DNA of 64,000 nt from the human T2T-CHM13v2.0 reference genome, Homo sapiens: NCBI RefSeq assembly GCF_009914755.1, contig NC_060926.1. One strand, given 5' to 3'. How positions within the stretch are numbered: position 1 is the stretch's first letter; each line of letters opens with the position of its first letter. The position numbers and the translations under genes are program-made. This document shows positions 13,501 through 28,630 of the stretch, one piece after another. A model generated the notes under the pieces. That model was not told where the DNA came from, searched no databases, and worked only from the letters and a program-made list of their open reading frames with translations.

Positions 13501-13699
13501 AAGCTTAGGATATCTCCAAAATTAGTGATCTTCAATGTCAGATGATGTTGCTTCTCTAATATTAAACACATGTACAACACATCTCACACACATATGCACA
13601 CATATGAATACCATTCTAGGAGTAAGTAAAAGAGATACTTACGTATTTTTTCTAACTGAATTATTGGCATATTAGGAATGTCAGAAATGGTACGACACA

Positions 13700-13860
13700 G
13701 CACAAATACGTCCTGTACATTGCAGAACTTTCTATTCATGGTTCTCATTCACTATGTGATGCAGCATCCCCTTCAGTCATCATAAGATCCAAAAGCCCCT
13801 CACACTTACAAATGCCTCTGGGATGGAGAATGCAGTGCAGCACCAAGCTTAAAATTAGCC
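13700..13860 (-). mobile_element. MER20-like hAT DNA transposon fragment
   Basis: 'tcctgtacattgcag...cagtcatcataagatccaaaagcccctcacacttacaaatgcctctggg'. Confidence 0.4.
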
Positions 13861-13910
13861 CCATTCCTTAAGTTCTTATCAATAATCTTCCCAAGTAAAA
13901 TTTACAGGTC

Positions 13911-14214
<304 letters not shown>

Positions 14215-15747
14215 CCTTATAGGTCAATGTGAGTCTATCTTAATTAAAAATTATATACATAAAAAAATTGTCTAGCTTTCCATATGGATGCCACTCAATG
14301 TTAAATAATCTTCCTGGTTAAGAGTCTCCTATATTTCTTTATTGAGTTATCCCATTCAGCTAATTGTATTTCTTTTTCCTCTATTTGTATTGAGATGTTA
14401 AAATATAAGGTGAGTATTACCCTGGCATGAATTTCATACTCATAGCACATTATCTAATCTGCATGTCTACTATAAACCCATATTTCATATGAAAACCTTC
14501 TATAATTTGTCATACTTCTCTCAAAAAAAAAGTTGATGAAAATAAGGAATAGAATTGTATTTGCAACCAAGCATCCATTCAATTAGGTGAGTGGAGTCTG
14601 GAAAGAAATAGAGTTTCTTTCACAAACACCTCAAACAGTGCTTAAAACAGATTGGGCTGACAATTCTCACAACCTTAGTGTCTCCTCCAAGATTTACAAT
14701 GGCATACCTCCCCTTTTTAGCAAATTAAACCTTATGTCAAGGCTTAAAATTAAATCCAAACCCCTTCTTCTTTCTCTGCAGAAGGAACAAATTGGCCCCA
14801 CATGCCAGTAGTCGAGGAGTGCTGATAGAAAACAGAGTGAAGTGAGAGCTCCCCAACCTGGAAGGCGTCACGTGGCCTAATCACCCGGGATAAACAGTCA
14901 ATTCTACTTAAAGTTTTACATAAAAAGACTGGTAAAATACAGAGGATTTAAATATAAGAAGTTTTTTATACCACATAAAACTGACTGGATGCCAAAATTT
15001 TACATTTCTGTGCTGTGCAAGCACTTTATGGGGAATGTGCTTTTTATTCCACTTTTACATGTTTGTTATGAGTCTGTTTTGCAAAGATTGCTCCGAGCCT
15101 AGGTAATAAAAATAAAAAATGCACACAAATGGTCATGATTAACGCATAGAGCAATCTATGCTTTTATACATATGAAATGCATATCTGTTTCTAGATATTT
15201 CAATATAGCAAAATATGTGTAAGTTGCTCTAGTTTTCACAAATTCATTGTAACAGCAGATCTTGCTGTGGAATTATTCTAAAAGTCCTAGAACACAAAGT
15301 TCTTAGTTTTTTAGACTTATTTTGCCAGGAAAATATTCCGAGTCTGTTTCTTATATGTTACTTGGCATTAGTCTATATTGAGAATTGACAGGAATTTCTT
15401 CTCCATAGGAATCTGAGAATGTGGCATGCATATAAAAAAATCTCTAAATGTATCATTAGATTATCATCTTAAAATGAAATGTAGTATATTGATCACTACA
15501 CATATCACACTAATTTACCAAATTAGTGTGAAGCTTTCCAATGACAGTGGAACAAAATCTGGTTTTAAACACTGTAACCAGTGAGAAATGTGGTGGATGT
15601 CCTGATGAGCCATCACTTTTTAAGGGAGTTTTATTTCCAGGATGCATTTCTAGATGTGAGTGTGTGTTTCTTTACTGTTAAGATAGTAGGGAGAGATATG
15701 CAAGCTCTTCATGGAAAACCTGAGGTATAGAAAATTAAAGTATAAAA

Positions 15748-15908
15748 CAGCTGTATGCTATATTGTTTTCGAGGTTGAGCACTGCACAATTCTAAAAGAC
15801 TGTCATTAATATGTGTGGTCATGATAGACTTTTATTTTTATTAAGGTCTTGTGGAAAATCTGCTCTTTTTCTTGTGCACATAGGTACCACCTGGGCTAGA
15901 GAAGACAG
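15748..15908 (+). mobile_element. MER91-like hAT-Tip100 DNA transposon relic
   Basis: 'aggttgagcactgcacaattcta' and 'tgcacataggtaccacctgggctag' match the MER91 ends. Confidence 0.5.
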
Positions 15909-17478
15909 GTATTTTGCAAGCAAGAGAGACAACTATCTTTATAATCACTGAATGGCTGGGGCATAGATGAAACTAGAGAATGAAAATACTTCCTGTTTTT
16001 TGTTTGCATTCATACAGAATGTTTTAAATAATCTGAGAAGGTATTTTCTATTAATTCTCTCAATGGCATTTTGGGATTTTGAGGTAAATTTTTAGAAACT
16101 AGTATCTAAATGTGAGAGTTTATGAAAGAAGAAATAAAAAAAGATAGAGGCTTTCAGTGTATTATTACAATAAGTTCTTATCCTGTCTCTTAGTTCTTTC
16201 CGATTCTTCTGGCTTTCATTTGTAATTAAATCCCTGGTTTAGTTTATCTTAGCTCCATAATGGGCAGCATATTAGAAAGTATATGGTAGTTGCCAATTTA
16301 TTTTGCAGCGATTTGGGTTTAGAGTTACATATGGATTAGTATGAAATGATTGATCTCTTTGTCTTATAATATATACTGTCTAAATTCAACTTCAGTTTCA
16401 CAAACTCTTAGATGAAAAACAATATCAGGTTTATTTTACTATGGGAATTTCATGTTTAATAGGTAAACTAGTAAGATGTTTGAAGAAAGTGAAGAAACTT
16501 GATTCATCCCACAATACGCAATTTTTTTGTAGCTGCATGCACATATGCCTCTTTAGGACTAGTAAGTCAATTCAATGATGATCTATTTGTTGTGATCCAG
16601 TTCTATATAAGTCATCCTGTGAGGCTGCATCAGTTTCTGAATTGTCCCTGAACAAGTGACCCTGCAATTTCTTCCAGTCATTGCAGAGAATCCTGTGATT
16701 AAAACTGTCAGGAGTTCTGTGAATGATTATTTTCCATGGCTCCACAGCCTTGCACCCACTAAAAGCCAATTTTTAAAAAAATATTGGATCAGTTATTTTA
16801 CGTATGAATCACAACTGCCTTAGAGGATCTATTTCAGTTTTGCCTATAAGTTGAAATGTGAGTAAAGTAAACCTTTTGCCCCAGCTTCTTCTTTATATTT
16901 AGACCAGATACATTCCTGTAAGATCCTCCTCCCTTAGGAAAAAGGTAAACAGAAGAATCATATAGTACAGAATGCACTTTTTTCCAATTAATTGGTGGTA
17001 AAATGGAAGAAGATGTGTCTCCTAGCACTACTTAGGACAGGACATCAAGATAAAACCAGAAAATGTGAAGTTACGAATGAGACACACTGTCTGCAGTTTC
17101 AGCTGGTTTTCCTCTGGCTGTTTCTCCAAAACATAAAATTTCTATGTCCCACCAATACGGTGCATTGGCAGAGACATTACTGTTTCAATAAATCTTAATT
17201 TTGGAACAGATTCCCATTTGACATCTGAATCATTTCAGTTCATTTTAGTTCCATCACCTTTTGCTTCCTGCAAACCAGACACGGGTCCTTTAAATTTTTA
17301 CTATTGCCAAAAGTCTGTTACTTCAAACTAGACATCGTCTGCCTGTTTTCAAAGGGCAGTGAGTGACTGCCTACTTGGGCTTCATGGCTCTGGGAAGAAT
17401 TCCTCTGAGAATGGAAAATTCATTTGGGTTTGCATCCATTGTTTGGATTTCATAAAAGGAAATGAATTTTAGGATGAT

Positions 17479-17503
17479 CACACACACACACACACACACA
17501 CAC
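17479..17503. repeat. (CA)n microsatellite
   Basis: Direct reading. Confidence 0.95.
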
Positions 17504-17961
17504 AGTCTTACGCTGTAAGGCCTCAGGAATTAAAATATACGTTGAATGTAAAAATTGGACCATATTTCTGAAGTGAGGAATATACGTGAATGTAATTTGC
17601 ATAGATTTTTTCTAAGACTAGTTGGTTCTAGAAGAAACTGCAAACTGTATTATTATCCATCACCTTGTGAAGCTGCATTTATATTTAACAAGTTTTTTAA
17701 AAATTTCCCAAGATTTGTTTTCTTGTACCTAGCAGCAAAACTAGTGTCAACAGAATACTAAGTAGAAATACAATTTATGAATTCCCAGGGTTAGCGATAG
17801 GATGTATGTGAGATAAGAGTCTCTATGAGTTTATTTTAGATATAATTTTATCAAAAATATTTTTATATTTACATGTCTGTTATAACTGCAAGTTTAATCC
17901 TCAACTTACAAAATGCCTTTATGATATGTAATATTCAATAATATTGCTTTATTAATTATAA

Positions 17962-18276
<315 letters not shown>

Positions 18277-18367
18277 AAAAATAATATATTTTTTAATGTT
18301 CTACTTGAAATAAATGTTTCATTTTACAGATGAAAAAATACAAATCAATATAATATATTGACCAGAA

Positions 18368-18433
18368 CAATAGATTTTTAAGTAGAATAGATTTTTAAGT
18401 ATAATTTTTAAGTACAATATATTTTTAAGTACA
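18368..18433. repeat. Short degenerate minisatellite, ~17-bp unit (aatagatttttaagtag)
   Basis: 'atttttaagta' occurs 4 times in tandem. Confidence 0.8.
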
Positions 18434-19171
18434 ACCAAATTTCTCATGAGTCAAAAAACTTCAGTTGTCAAATTTTTATAGTTCTCAATTCTTCTCTCAT
18501 TCTTTCTCTTTTCCTCCCCTCAGTCCCCACCCCCCATTCTCCTCTCTCTTTTTTCTGTTATTTCTATAACTGCACTTGAAAGTGACTGCTATGGGAAAAC
18601 ATCTTGGGCAAATGCAAAGAAGATAGATCCTATTTTCCAGTTCCTCCCCATTTGCCATTACTTTTATCCATGCATTCCCCAGCCTGCCTACCATTATTTG
18701 CAATGTCAAATTAAAACAGTTGCCACTTGGAAAGACAATTTTATTGTTTTGAATGAGTTGTCAAAACATTTCTGTAAATAGAACAGATTATATTTTAAAT
18801 AAGTTCTGCCAGAATCCAAGTGACTGCTTTAAAAGCTACACTTCCAGGCAGACCAATACATTACTATTTAGTTAATCTCCATATCATGGACCTAATCTAA
18901 TATCTGGAGAAGGCTGCTTTGTTTTCAATGCCACCACAAACAACTGACTTTCTCAATTTGGCAAATTAAAACAAACAAACAAACATTGACTGTCATGAAG
19001 TGAAAACAATATTCTTGAGGAAATGCAATTTAAATAGCCAGTTGTAATGACCATGATAAACATAATAAAACTATTTTGGCAAATGAGATGTTTGAATATC
19101 TTTGAAGATCTGCAAATATTTAAGCAAAATAAGTTATAATAAGATTCTGAAATCAAATTATTTTTTATAAG

Positions 19172-19665
19172 TACTGTTTTGATCAGGGTCCTTGTGGGGA
19201 ATGGATGGGAACATTTGAGAAAAGTATAATGAATGAACTACTTTCAAAGATATAGGCAATGTGTAACACAACTATCAGCAGAAACCTGGGGCTGATAGGA
19301 ATGAGATGACAACAGCATTAGGCCTGAATGGTGAAGGGGAAGGGGGACGCTAGAACCCAGAGCCACAGAACACAGAGTGCCAGGTGGAGAGGGCGCCTGC
19401 CAAGAGCTGCTGACCTCAGATCCTGGAACTCTGCCAGCTGAGGAGATGACCCCAGGGCTCAGGTGCCAGGGCCGTACATTCCCTGAGCGAACTCTCCTCC
19501 TCTAGTCTCCTGCCAGTTCTCTCCACCAACTACCCCACCTTAAGCCAGAGGTCAGTGGACCTGATGAAGTGTGATGAATGATTCTGTATGAATCATTGTG
19601 CTGGACCTTAGAGCAGAGGGAAGAAGAGCTTGGATCACGAGAAGCAAAGAAGACATAAAAAGCTG
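19172..19665 (-). mobile_element. LTR33-like ERVL solo LTR
   Basis: 'tctcctgccagttctctcc...taagccagaggtcagtggacc...agagcagagggaagaagag...tggatc...gaagcaaa' follows the LTR33 reverse strand. Confidence 0.55.
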
Positions 19666-19769
19666 ATTAAATGCACAAATATTTATATTTTTGGATATAT
19701 TAGGATCACTGATGGGATTGTTTCTTTTGGTGTCTATATTTGAGGTTGATATAAAGACTTACTTTTACA

Positions 19770-19935
19770 TAAAGCTTGCTACATACTCTCCTAAGAACTT
19801 TATATCTATTAACCCGTGAAATCTATCCCAGTGATCTTGTTTTATTATCCTCATTTCACAGACGAAGAAACTGAGGAACTAGGTGGTCAAGTTAGATTTC
19901 ACAGCTAGGCTGTCTAGCCAGAATTCATACAGTCC
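19770..19935 (-). mobile_element. MIR SINE
   Basis: 'ttattatcctcatttcacagacgaagaaactgagg' core. Confidence 0.75.
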
Positions 19936-19952
19936 CTGCTGTGTAATTGTAG

Positions 19953-21556
<1,604 letters not shown>

Positions 21557-21729
21557 GAAATACTTCTGTATATTAAAACAATATTACAATACATAAAAGG
21601 CAATATATGTTTATTCAACCAAAGTTATTATCTTTTATGTACCATATTTTCCACTAGCTAATTAAAAAACTGAACACATATAGAGTTCAAAGGCTTACTT
21701 ATGGGGAAGATGGCAAGTTTTATTTATGG

Positions 21730-21841
21730 GGTATATAAAATCATTGCATGAGACATATACTAACAAATTATTCATTGTTTATTAGAAATTCAAATTTACC
21801 CACATCACCTTTATTTTTATCTGCTAAATCTGGCAACCCTG
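21730..21841 (-). mobile_element. MER53 hAT DNA transposon fragment
   Basis: 'ttgcatgagacatatactaacaaattattcattgtttattagaaattcaaattt...ctgctaaatctggcaaccct' ends in the MER53 TIR. Confidence 0.75.
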
Positions 21842-21849
21842 GAATAAAC

Positions 21850-22250
21850 AGATGTGTGACCCTTGGAGAATGTGTGGAAAGACATTCCAAACTGAATCAA
21901 TGAGAGAAAACCCTCGTGCATAAAAGTGTAGGTATATATTGAAATGCTTATTTGGAGAAGAGAGAAGCACGAGGTGATTTCATAGTGTCCAGAAGAAGGC
22001 AGATCAGAAAAATTTTACTGAAAACACAGATTGAGGTTAGATGATTAAAGACCATTTAGTCTGTCAAGAAGAAATGATCTGAATCACGGAGAGATTTTAA
22101 GTAGGGACAGGATGTGATCATATTTGCATTTTAAAACCATAACTTAGATGGCAATGTGAAGGATTAACCAAAGTAGAAAGGGGAGACATTGGAGAAAGCT
22201 CTTGGAATCCTCCAGAAAAGCCTGTAGTAGAATGAAAAGAGATTAATTAT
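21850..22250 (-). mobile_element. L2 LINE fragment
   Basis: 'gagattttaagtagggacaggatgtgatcatatttgcattttaaaacc...ggcaatgtgaagga'. Confidence 0.6.
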
Positions 22251-22709
22251 TTATATTAAATATGACAAAAGTTTTTCTTTTTTTCTTTTAACATTTTTGC
22301 CCATTTCCAGCCAAACTTTGGACCACCTACTGCCTCATAAGGTTGCTGTTGTTGTTGTTGTTTTTAAATCTCCACAAGTCTTACAAAGTGTGGAAACTGG
22401 CCTGTGGACAGTGACCCCTGACCCTTCTTGGATCTATGAAGAAAATGATAAATTGTCATTTGATGAATGCACTTGGCCCTGGCAGTTGGTGAGTGCTGTG
22501 TATTTGTGAGACTATCCAGGGGCTATCACAGCGAAATGGATGTCTAAAACAAATGATTAAATGTGTTAGCATAGTTTCATCTCTGCAATATTTTAAGTTA
22601 AATTTTCAAGATCACTTATTATAAGTGTACTCTCTAAAGGTAGTTTCATCCTAGTTAAGTATACCAAAATTGAATTTCTGTTATTTCCACCAAGTACCTT
22701 CTTGAATAG

Positions 22710-23045
<336 letters not shown>

Positions 23046-24699
23046 GCAGTTATTCTTAATTATAAAATTGATCATAGCAACAATATTTTTAAAAATAAAT
23101 TTCTCGTATGAAATGGAGGCAATATTCTGTACTTTCCTTTTCAATGAAATAATCATTCATGCAAAACATATGTTCTTCTTATCTTACCCACACAATTCCT
23201 GAAAATTCACAATTTGATGCTAAATGCAATGGTTACAAAAACACCTTAATAAATTTGTGTCACATAATATTAACTCCTAAAGTTGCTCTTTTTAAAAGAT
23301 GCTTTTTAAAAAAAAAAATAGCAGAAATTATTTAAAGTCTCGATTTTTTCACACCGCAACACAGTATGACTTGAACAAGAAAAACCAATATATCAAAAGT
23401 GCCTAATAATAGTAATAAAAACACCCATTGTATTCAATCTATACTGTAAGAGAGCATCTTATGTACTGAGAGAGCATAGAAACAGCGAGGGTCTATATCT
23501 TATTAATATAAAAGAATAGCTGAGTTTTACCCTCATACAGTTGAAATCATTCTGGATTGACTGGAAGTAAAGTTTACCTTATTGAATACATGAATGTTTC
23601 TTACAAGGAAAAAATAAATCAAGAGCCCACTATTTAAAAGCCTTTCCATTCATTAAAACAAACAAACCAAATACGAACATATTTGATATGATTCCATAAA
23701 GAATGAGACTTTGCTCTAGTTTGTCATGCAGCCATTTCTGTATGTGACCCATACGGACACTAAGAATGGATTCTATACTAACTACTGGTGCTTACTTTCC
23801 TTTAACGGTAATTGTCTTAATGCCTGTTTTAATCAGTATTAACTACTAGCAATAACATGCTTTTAATTATGTTTCAAGCGAGTCCTTTATTGGGCTGTTT
23901 TGGGAAGCAAATTAGTCAAAAGGAGCTGTTAATCAAAAACGTGTTACTGGCACAAAATAAATGTCCATTTAAGGAGCCATTTGAAATAAACCTGGCTCAT
24001 TGCCTCTGACAACCTGCAAGGACACCAGGGCCTCCGGAGGATAACTTCTTCAGTACTCACCTCGATACGCCTTGCTGCTCAGAAGTTATAAGGAGAAACA
24101 TTAAGCAGTTTAGGTCATTCATCAGCGAACTTTTACTACTGTACTCAAGAAAATGAGCCTCCTAGGAACTTCACAGCAGATCTATCCCTTCATTAGCCAA
24201 GCAATATTGAGAGAGATGTTCCTGTCACTTCCAATGGAGAAATCTATTGCACTGAATTTTAGTGGTATCCCTTTTGTCTATGAGCTGTCTTTGCAAATTC
24301 CAAGGTATTTATTTTCTGTTACTCTGTAGCCTTAGGATTGGGCTTTTTCACTATTACCCTCTATTAGCAAGCTGTAAATTGAAATACAGATCTGGGAAAA
24401 TATCTCAGAGAAATTGAATGGATGAATTAATTCTTAAATTTTGAAATTAAGCTACATAAAGAATATTCCACCACATTTTGATTAAAACATTAATTTTAAA
24501 GTCTATGTATATTTATTTGTTGGCCAATCTACTTGTCCTTAAGGTTTTGGGTTACATTTTACTATTCTTCTCTACCCTCCATGTTTGAAGGTTAATTTTC
24601 CCCCTGTATCATAAAATATTTTTGGCAATCCAATCTCCAAAGTGGAAATACTCCTTTTGAAAAGATTATTATGTATGTGGCCACTATATTGTTCCTTAT

Positions 24700-24880
24700 A
24701 TGGCCAGTCAATTCACAACAGCGTCTGGTACGCAACGAATAAGTAGTTAATGTTTGCTGAATGCTTGTTCAACATGTACATATATGGAGCACCGACTATG
24801 TGTCCCATTAAGAAAGGCATGCGGGATACATAGGGAAGAAGACAGGGCAGCAATCCTCACTGACCTGTACAGTCTGGTAT
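24700..24880. mobile_element. Two L2 3' ends joined tail-to-tail
   Basis: 'acagcgtctggtacgc...aatgtttgctgaatg' (+) abuts 'ttcaacat...ggagcaccgactatgtgtc...ctcactgacctgtacagtctggt' (-). Confidence 0.55.
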
Positions 24881-25774
24881 AGGGTTTCAGAAGTTTCCTA
24901 CTTTCTCAACAATGACAGTAATCCAATATAGCATTAAGAAAGTTCCACAGGCTGTCTGAGGGTGTCACCATCTGTGGTATCTATTTGCCACTTTCTGACT
25001 TTCTGGAAAGTGTTGCCATATTCGTAGACTTCCCACCATGGACTTTTTGTTTCTTTTTAAATTGTTGTTTCGTGTTTCTTTTAGTTTTCTCTGTTTTGAC
25101 TTTTGATATGTGCATAAAAAGAGTCAAACAGGAACAAGTATCCCCATAGACACCCAAGTGTGGTCCATTTTGAGGACTGGAAACAAATGTGAGAATCCCA
25201 ATGTAGTTCCCAGTAGGAAAATGGAAAGGACAGGGCTGGTCTTGTTCTCTATTTCCTTATTCAGGAGGTGGCAGGAGCCTACAGTAAGGATACTCCAAAA
25301 TAATGCCAGGACATAAGATGTAGTGTGATCAGGAGACAGAGCCTGAGAGGCTAAAACCCCCAGTAAGATGTAGAGGAAAAAAAAAAATCAGGAAATTTAC
25401 TCTGAAGGAAGAAAGAACACTGAAGCCAAAACATCCTGGGTTTGGTTTGGCCAGCCCCAGAAATATCTGGCACAGAAAGAGAGAATCACTAACAGCATGT
25501 CCAGAGTACAGTACAGCTGTAAAGAATGCAGCTTTTCACTTTGACTCTCAGACACCAGAAGCTGCAGTCTTGGTGAAAGCAGGATGAGGAAGGTGGGTTT
25601 TGGGGGGTGAAGGAGGGTGAGAGGTGCTCAGGAAACATGGATGCAGTTTTGTTCCCATAAAGATTAGAAGTGAGAGAGAGCTTTGAGGCATCTTGCTTGA
25701 GTTTATTATTACCATACACCCTGACTTTTCCCAGAAAAAAATAATGACTCACATTAATTCACCTCACATTAATT

Positions 25775-25940
25775 GGTGAAAAGTGCTTTATAAACATTAT
25801 CTCATTTAATTTTCTCTCTAGGTAGCTCTTATTTTTGTCCTCAATTACAAATGATGAGATTGGTAATTTAAAAGATTAAGTAATTTCTCAATCACACCTC
25901 AGAGATAGGACTTGAACCCAGGTCTCAAACCCAACCTCAT
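25775..25940 (-). mobile_element. MIR SINE
   Basis: 'cattatctcatttaat...aattacaaatgatgag...agattaagtaatttctc...ggacttgaacccaggtct'. Confidence 0.7.
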
Positions 25941-25959
25941 AGCTTGGAGAACAACCAAG

Positions 25960-26080
25960 GAAAGACACAGATTTGCATGACTATGACATGAACTAGAAAT
26001 GAGCATTTATTGTATTACTCTAGTGAGCTATTGCAGTTGCTATCTCTAAAACACAGCTTTATCTTATCCTGAATAATATA
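25960..26080 (+). mobile_element. MLT1 (MaLR) LTR 3' fragment
   Basis: 'agaaatgagcatttattgtatt...acagctttatcttatcctgaataata'. Confidence 0.45.
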
Positions 26081-26319
26081 GGAACTTCTCCAGCGTCACA
26101 TACACAATAATCTCCAAATAGTTGTGAGTTAGATGGGTGAATGGATAAGAGATTAAATAAATTTAAGCAGTTACCAGGAGTTAAACTTTTTATTTATCTA
26201 ACATACCAGTTAAATATAATTAACCCTGGCTGCTGGTGGGGAGTGTGGCTCTCAGACTGGTCCAGACTGTATAATAAAGCTCATTCCTGCTGTCCTGGCT
26301 ATATATCAATTTCTGCTGC

Positions 26320-26500
26320 TGTCTTATATCTATAAATTATTTTTCTTATAAAAATTCAGTGATGAAAATTTTATTATCCTATTTGTTTGTTTTGTTTTTA
26401 CTGGTGAGGAAACTAAGGCTTAGGTATGGTAAGTAATTTATAAAAGGTCACATAGTTATTAAAAATAAAAGCATAATTTTAAATGCAGATGTTCTTATTC
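26320..26500 (-). mobile_element. MIR SINE
   Basis: 'ttttactggtgaggaaactaaggcttagg...aaggtcacatag'. Confidence 0.7.
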
Positions 26501-28315
26501 AAGGATTTTTAGGTTTTGCTTTCTTTCTTCCTTTTTTTCACTATTAATGTCTTCTCCAATTGTAGCGCTCAATAGTCTGAACATCCTAAAAAATAAATGA
26601 GGCAAAGGTTCTCTTTTTCAAGCCTTGTCTCCATTTATTAACTAACTAACGTTGCAATGTGAATTTGAGTGATTTAGAAATCATTTCTGTATATAATGGA
26701 CAATTAATATATCAAAGGATTATATACTTAATCTGTACCATAACAGTTATTTTAATGAAAATATATTTCAATTTAAGTTGTGTCAATTTAAATCATGCTC
26801 TCTCTTGACTAATTCCTGTCATAAATGAAGTACTTCTATCATAAAATTTTTCTAACAGTAGAACTCTTTTAAAACACTTCTCCCTAAAGGATGTAGGCAG
26901 ACGTAAAAGATGATCAGAAAACAGGTGAGAAATATGCAGAAATAGTCATAAGAATTGTACTTAATTTTCCTTTTTGTTTTCATTGGTCCCAATTCTACCC
27001 TGCCCCCTGCAAAGCACTGCTATGGTTTCTCTCTCATAGCTGTGAAAGGTGGTGGAGGGGAAAAGGATCCTTCTAATCCTTCTGCAGAAAACTATAGATG
27101 ATCAAAGGTGGGATGAAAAGTTGAGTTCTTGTGCTGATACCATATAGCTGCTCAATTAACATGTGCTAATTGACTCAATATAAAAGAGAGTTAAGAATTG
27201 AAGGCTGGGATTATGGTGGGTGACCTGGGCAATACTGATTTTATTCATTCCCATTAAATTCTATCATGTATCTAGTCAGAAAAAAATGCTTTTAATTATT
27301 AAACATTAGAAGTTTAATTCGGCATTAAGAACGACTCAATTTTACTATATATTTAAACCTATGAAACATCTCTCAGCCAAATATTTTAATAAAATTGGAA
27401 ATTACTGAAAGTTTCTGAAACTATCTTTATGAAATATACAAAGTTCTATAAATTAAGACATAATTTTGACGATTTTTTTTATTTGATATTTAAAAGCTCG
27501 TTACTTTTTGGAAGAACACTTGAATATATCAACAAAAAATCTGGGGTTGTAGGAAAAGTGGATCTGCACATATGATAGAGACTGACCACTTAACTTTTCA
27601 AATGATCATTTTGTTCATTAAGTGTTATGTTAGACATCTCTAGTGATCATCATGTCACACAAGCCACAGTGAGAGATTACTCCTGACTCCACTCTAAAGG
27701 AGTTTCCAGTAAATGATACAACCACAATCTGCCTGTCTTAGACTTCTGGACCTACGGAAATACGATATTTGCAATATAAAGTAATTTCCAACTTCCTTGC
27801 CTATATCATATGATGCATTTATTTCAACCAGCACTGACGATAACTTTCTTTTGGTTTTAAAATTCCATCAAACTCTCCTTTTCTTTCTTGTGGGTATAGA
27901 GTCAAACAGATACCACTGGTGGAAGACAACGGGGAAGCCAAGGACTAAGCCCATGCAGGTCTCAAATTAGAACTACCAAGCATCCATTTATAGAGCCAAT
28001 GTGGAACGAAATCTTATTTGGAAAATTTTAATAGCAAAATAAAAGCTTTCATTTTCAAAGTGACATGTTTTGGCCCTTCTGCATGTAATTCAGAATAGAA
28101 CCAGATGTTATAGAAATTTGTTTGTGAAAATCCTATATAGAATTTGTTAGGCCTAACAATCCTAATTATTTATTAGGCCTAGTATTTAATTTTTTAAGTA
28201 GTAATTGTATCATTTGGGTTTCTCATCTTTATTTTTTTGGGTGGGGGGGGGATAAACAACCATAGTTTTGATACTCCACAAAAATGAAATTTAACTGTCA
28301 CATTAATTATTATTT

Positions 28316-28630
28316 CATGGATTCTCACAGGGGGTGATACTGCCCTGAAGGGGGTGATCATTCATTCTTTGGGAGGTGAAAGAAAAATTTCTCTTTTTGT
28401 ATATGGAACACAGATATACTTACAGTATATAAACAGACATACAGTACATACACTAAAATGCATGAAGGGATTAGACAAAAAATGCATGACGGTATTAGAC
28501 AAAAAAAAATTAGACAGTATAAAAACAGACACACAGTACATACACTAAAATGCATGAAGGGATTAGACCAAAAAAAATGTCTAAAGGCTTCTTAGAGGAG
28601 CAATAATAAAAGCAAGTTTGGAAGTTCCTG
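28316..28630. mobile_element. Non-autonomous hAT-Charlie-type DNA transposon carrying an internal duplication
   Basis: Starts 'catggattctcacagggggtgatactgccc', ends 'aaaaaatgtctaaaggcttcttagaggag...aagtttggaagttcctg' (degenerate CAGTGGTTCTCAA-type TIRs). Confidence 0.55.

Noticed and set aside
17036-17140. 'DIKIKPENV' frame resembling a kinase HRDIKPEN loop
   Set aside because: No HRD, no other kinase subdomains, an early stop and no splice sites in frame
24014-24060. Minus-strand GT...AG pair that looks like an intron
   Set aside because: Only 47 nt, below the practical minimum for human spliceosomal introns
27899-27960. Possible terminal exon (VKQIPLVEDNGEAKD*) after a pyrimidine tract
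   Set aside because: Mediocre acceptor, unrecognised peptide and no supporting upstream coding exons in the window
28424-28580. Repeat-spacer-repeat pattern as a CRISPR-like array
   Set aside because: Only two long copies, the spacer derives from the repeat itself, the context is a eukaryotic transposon and there are no cas genes
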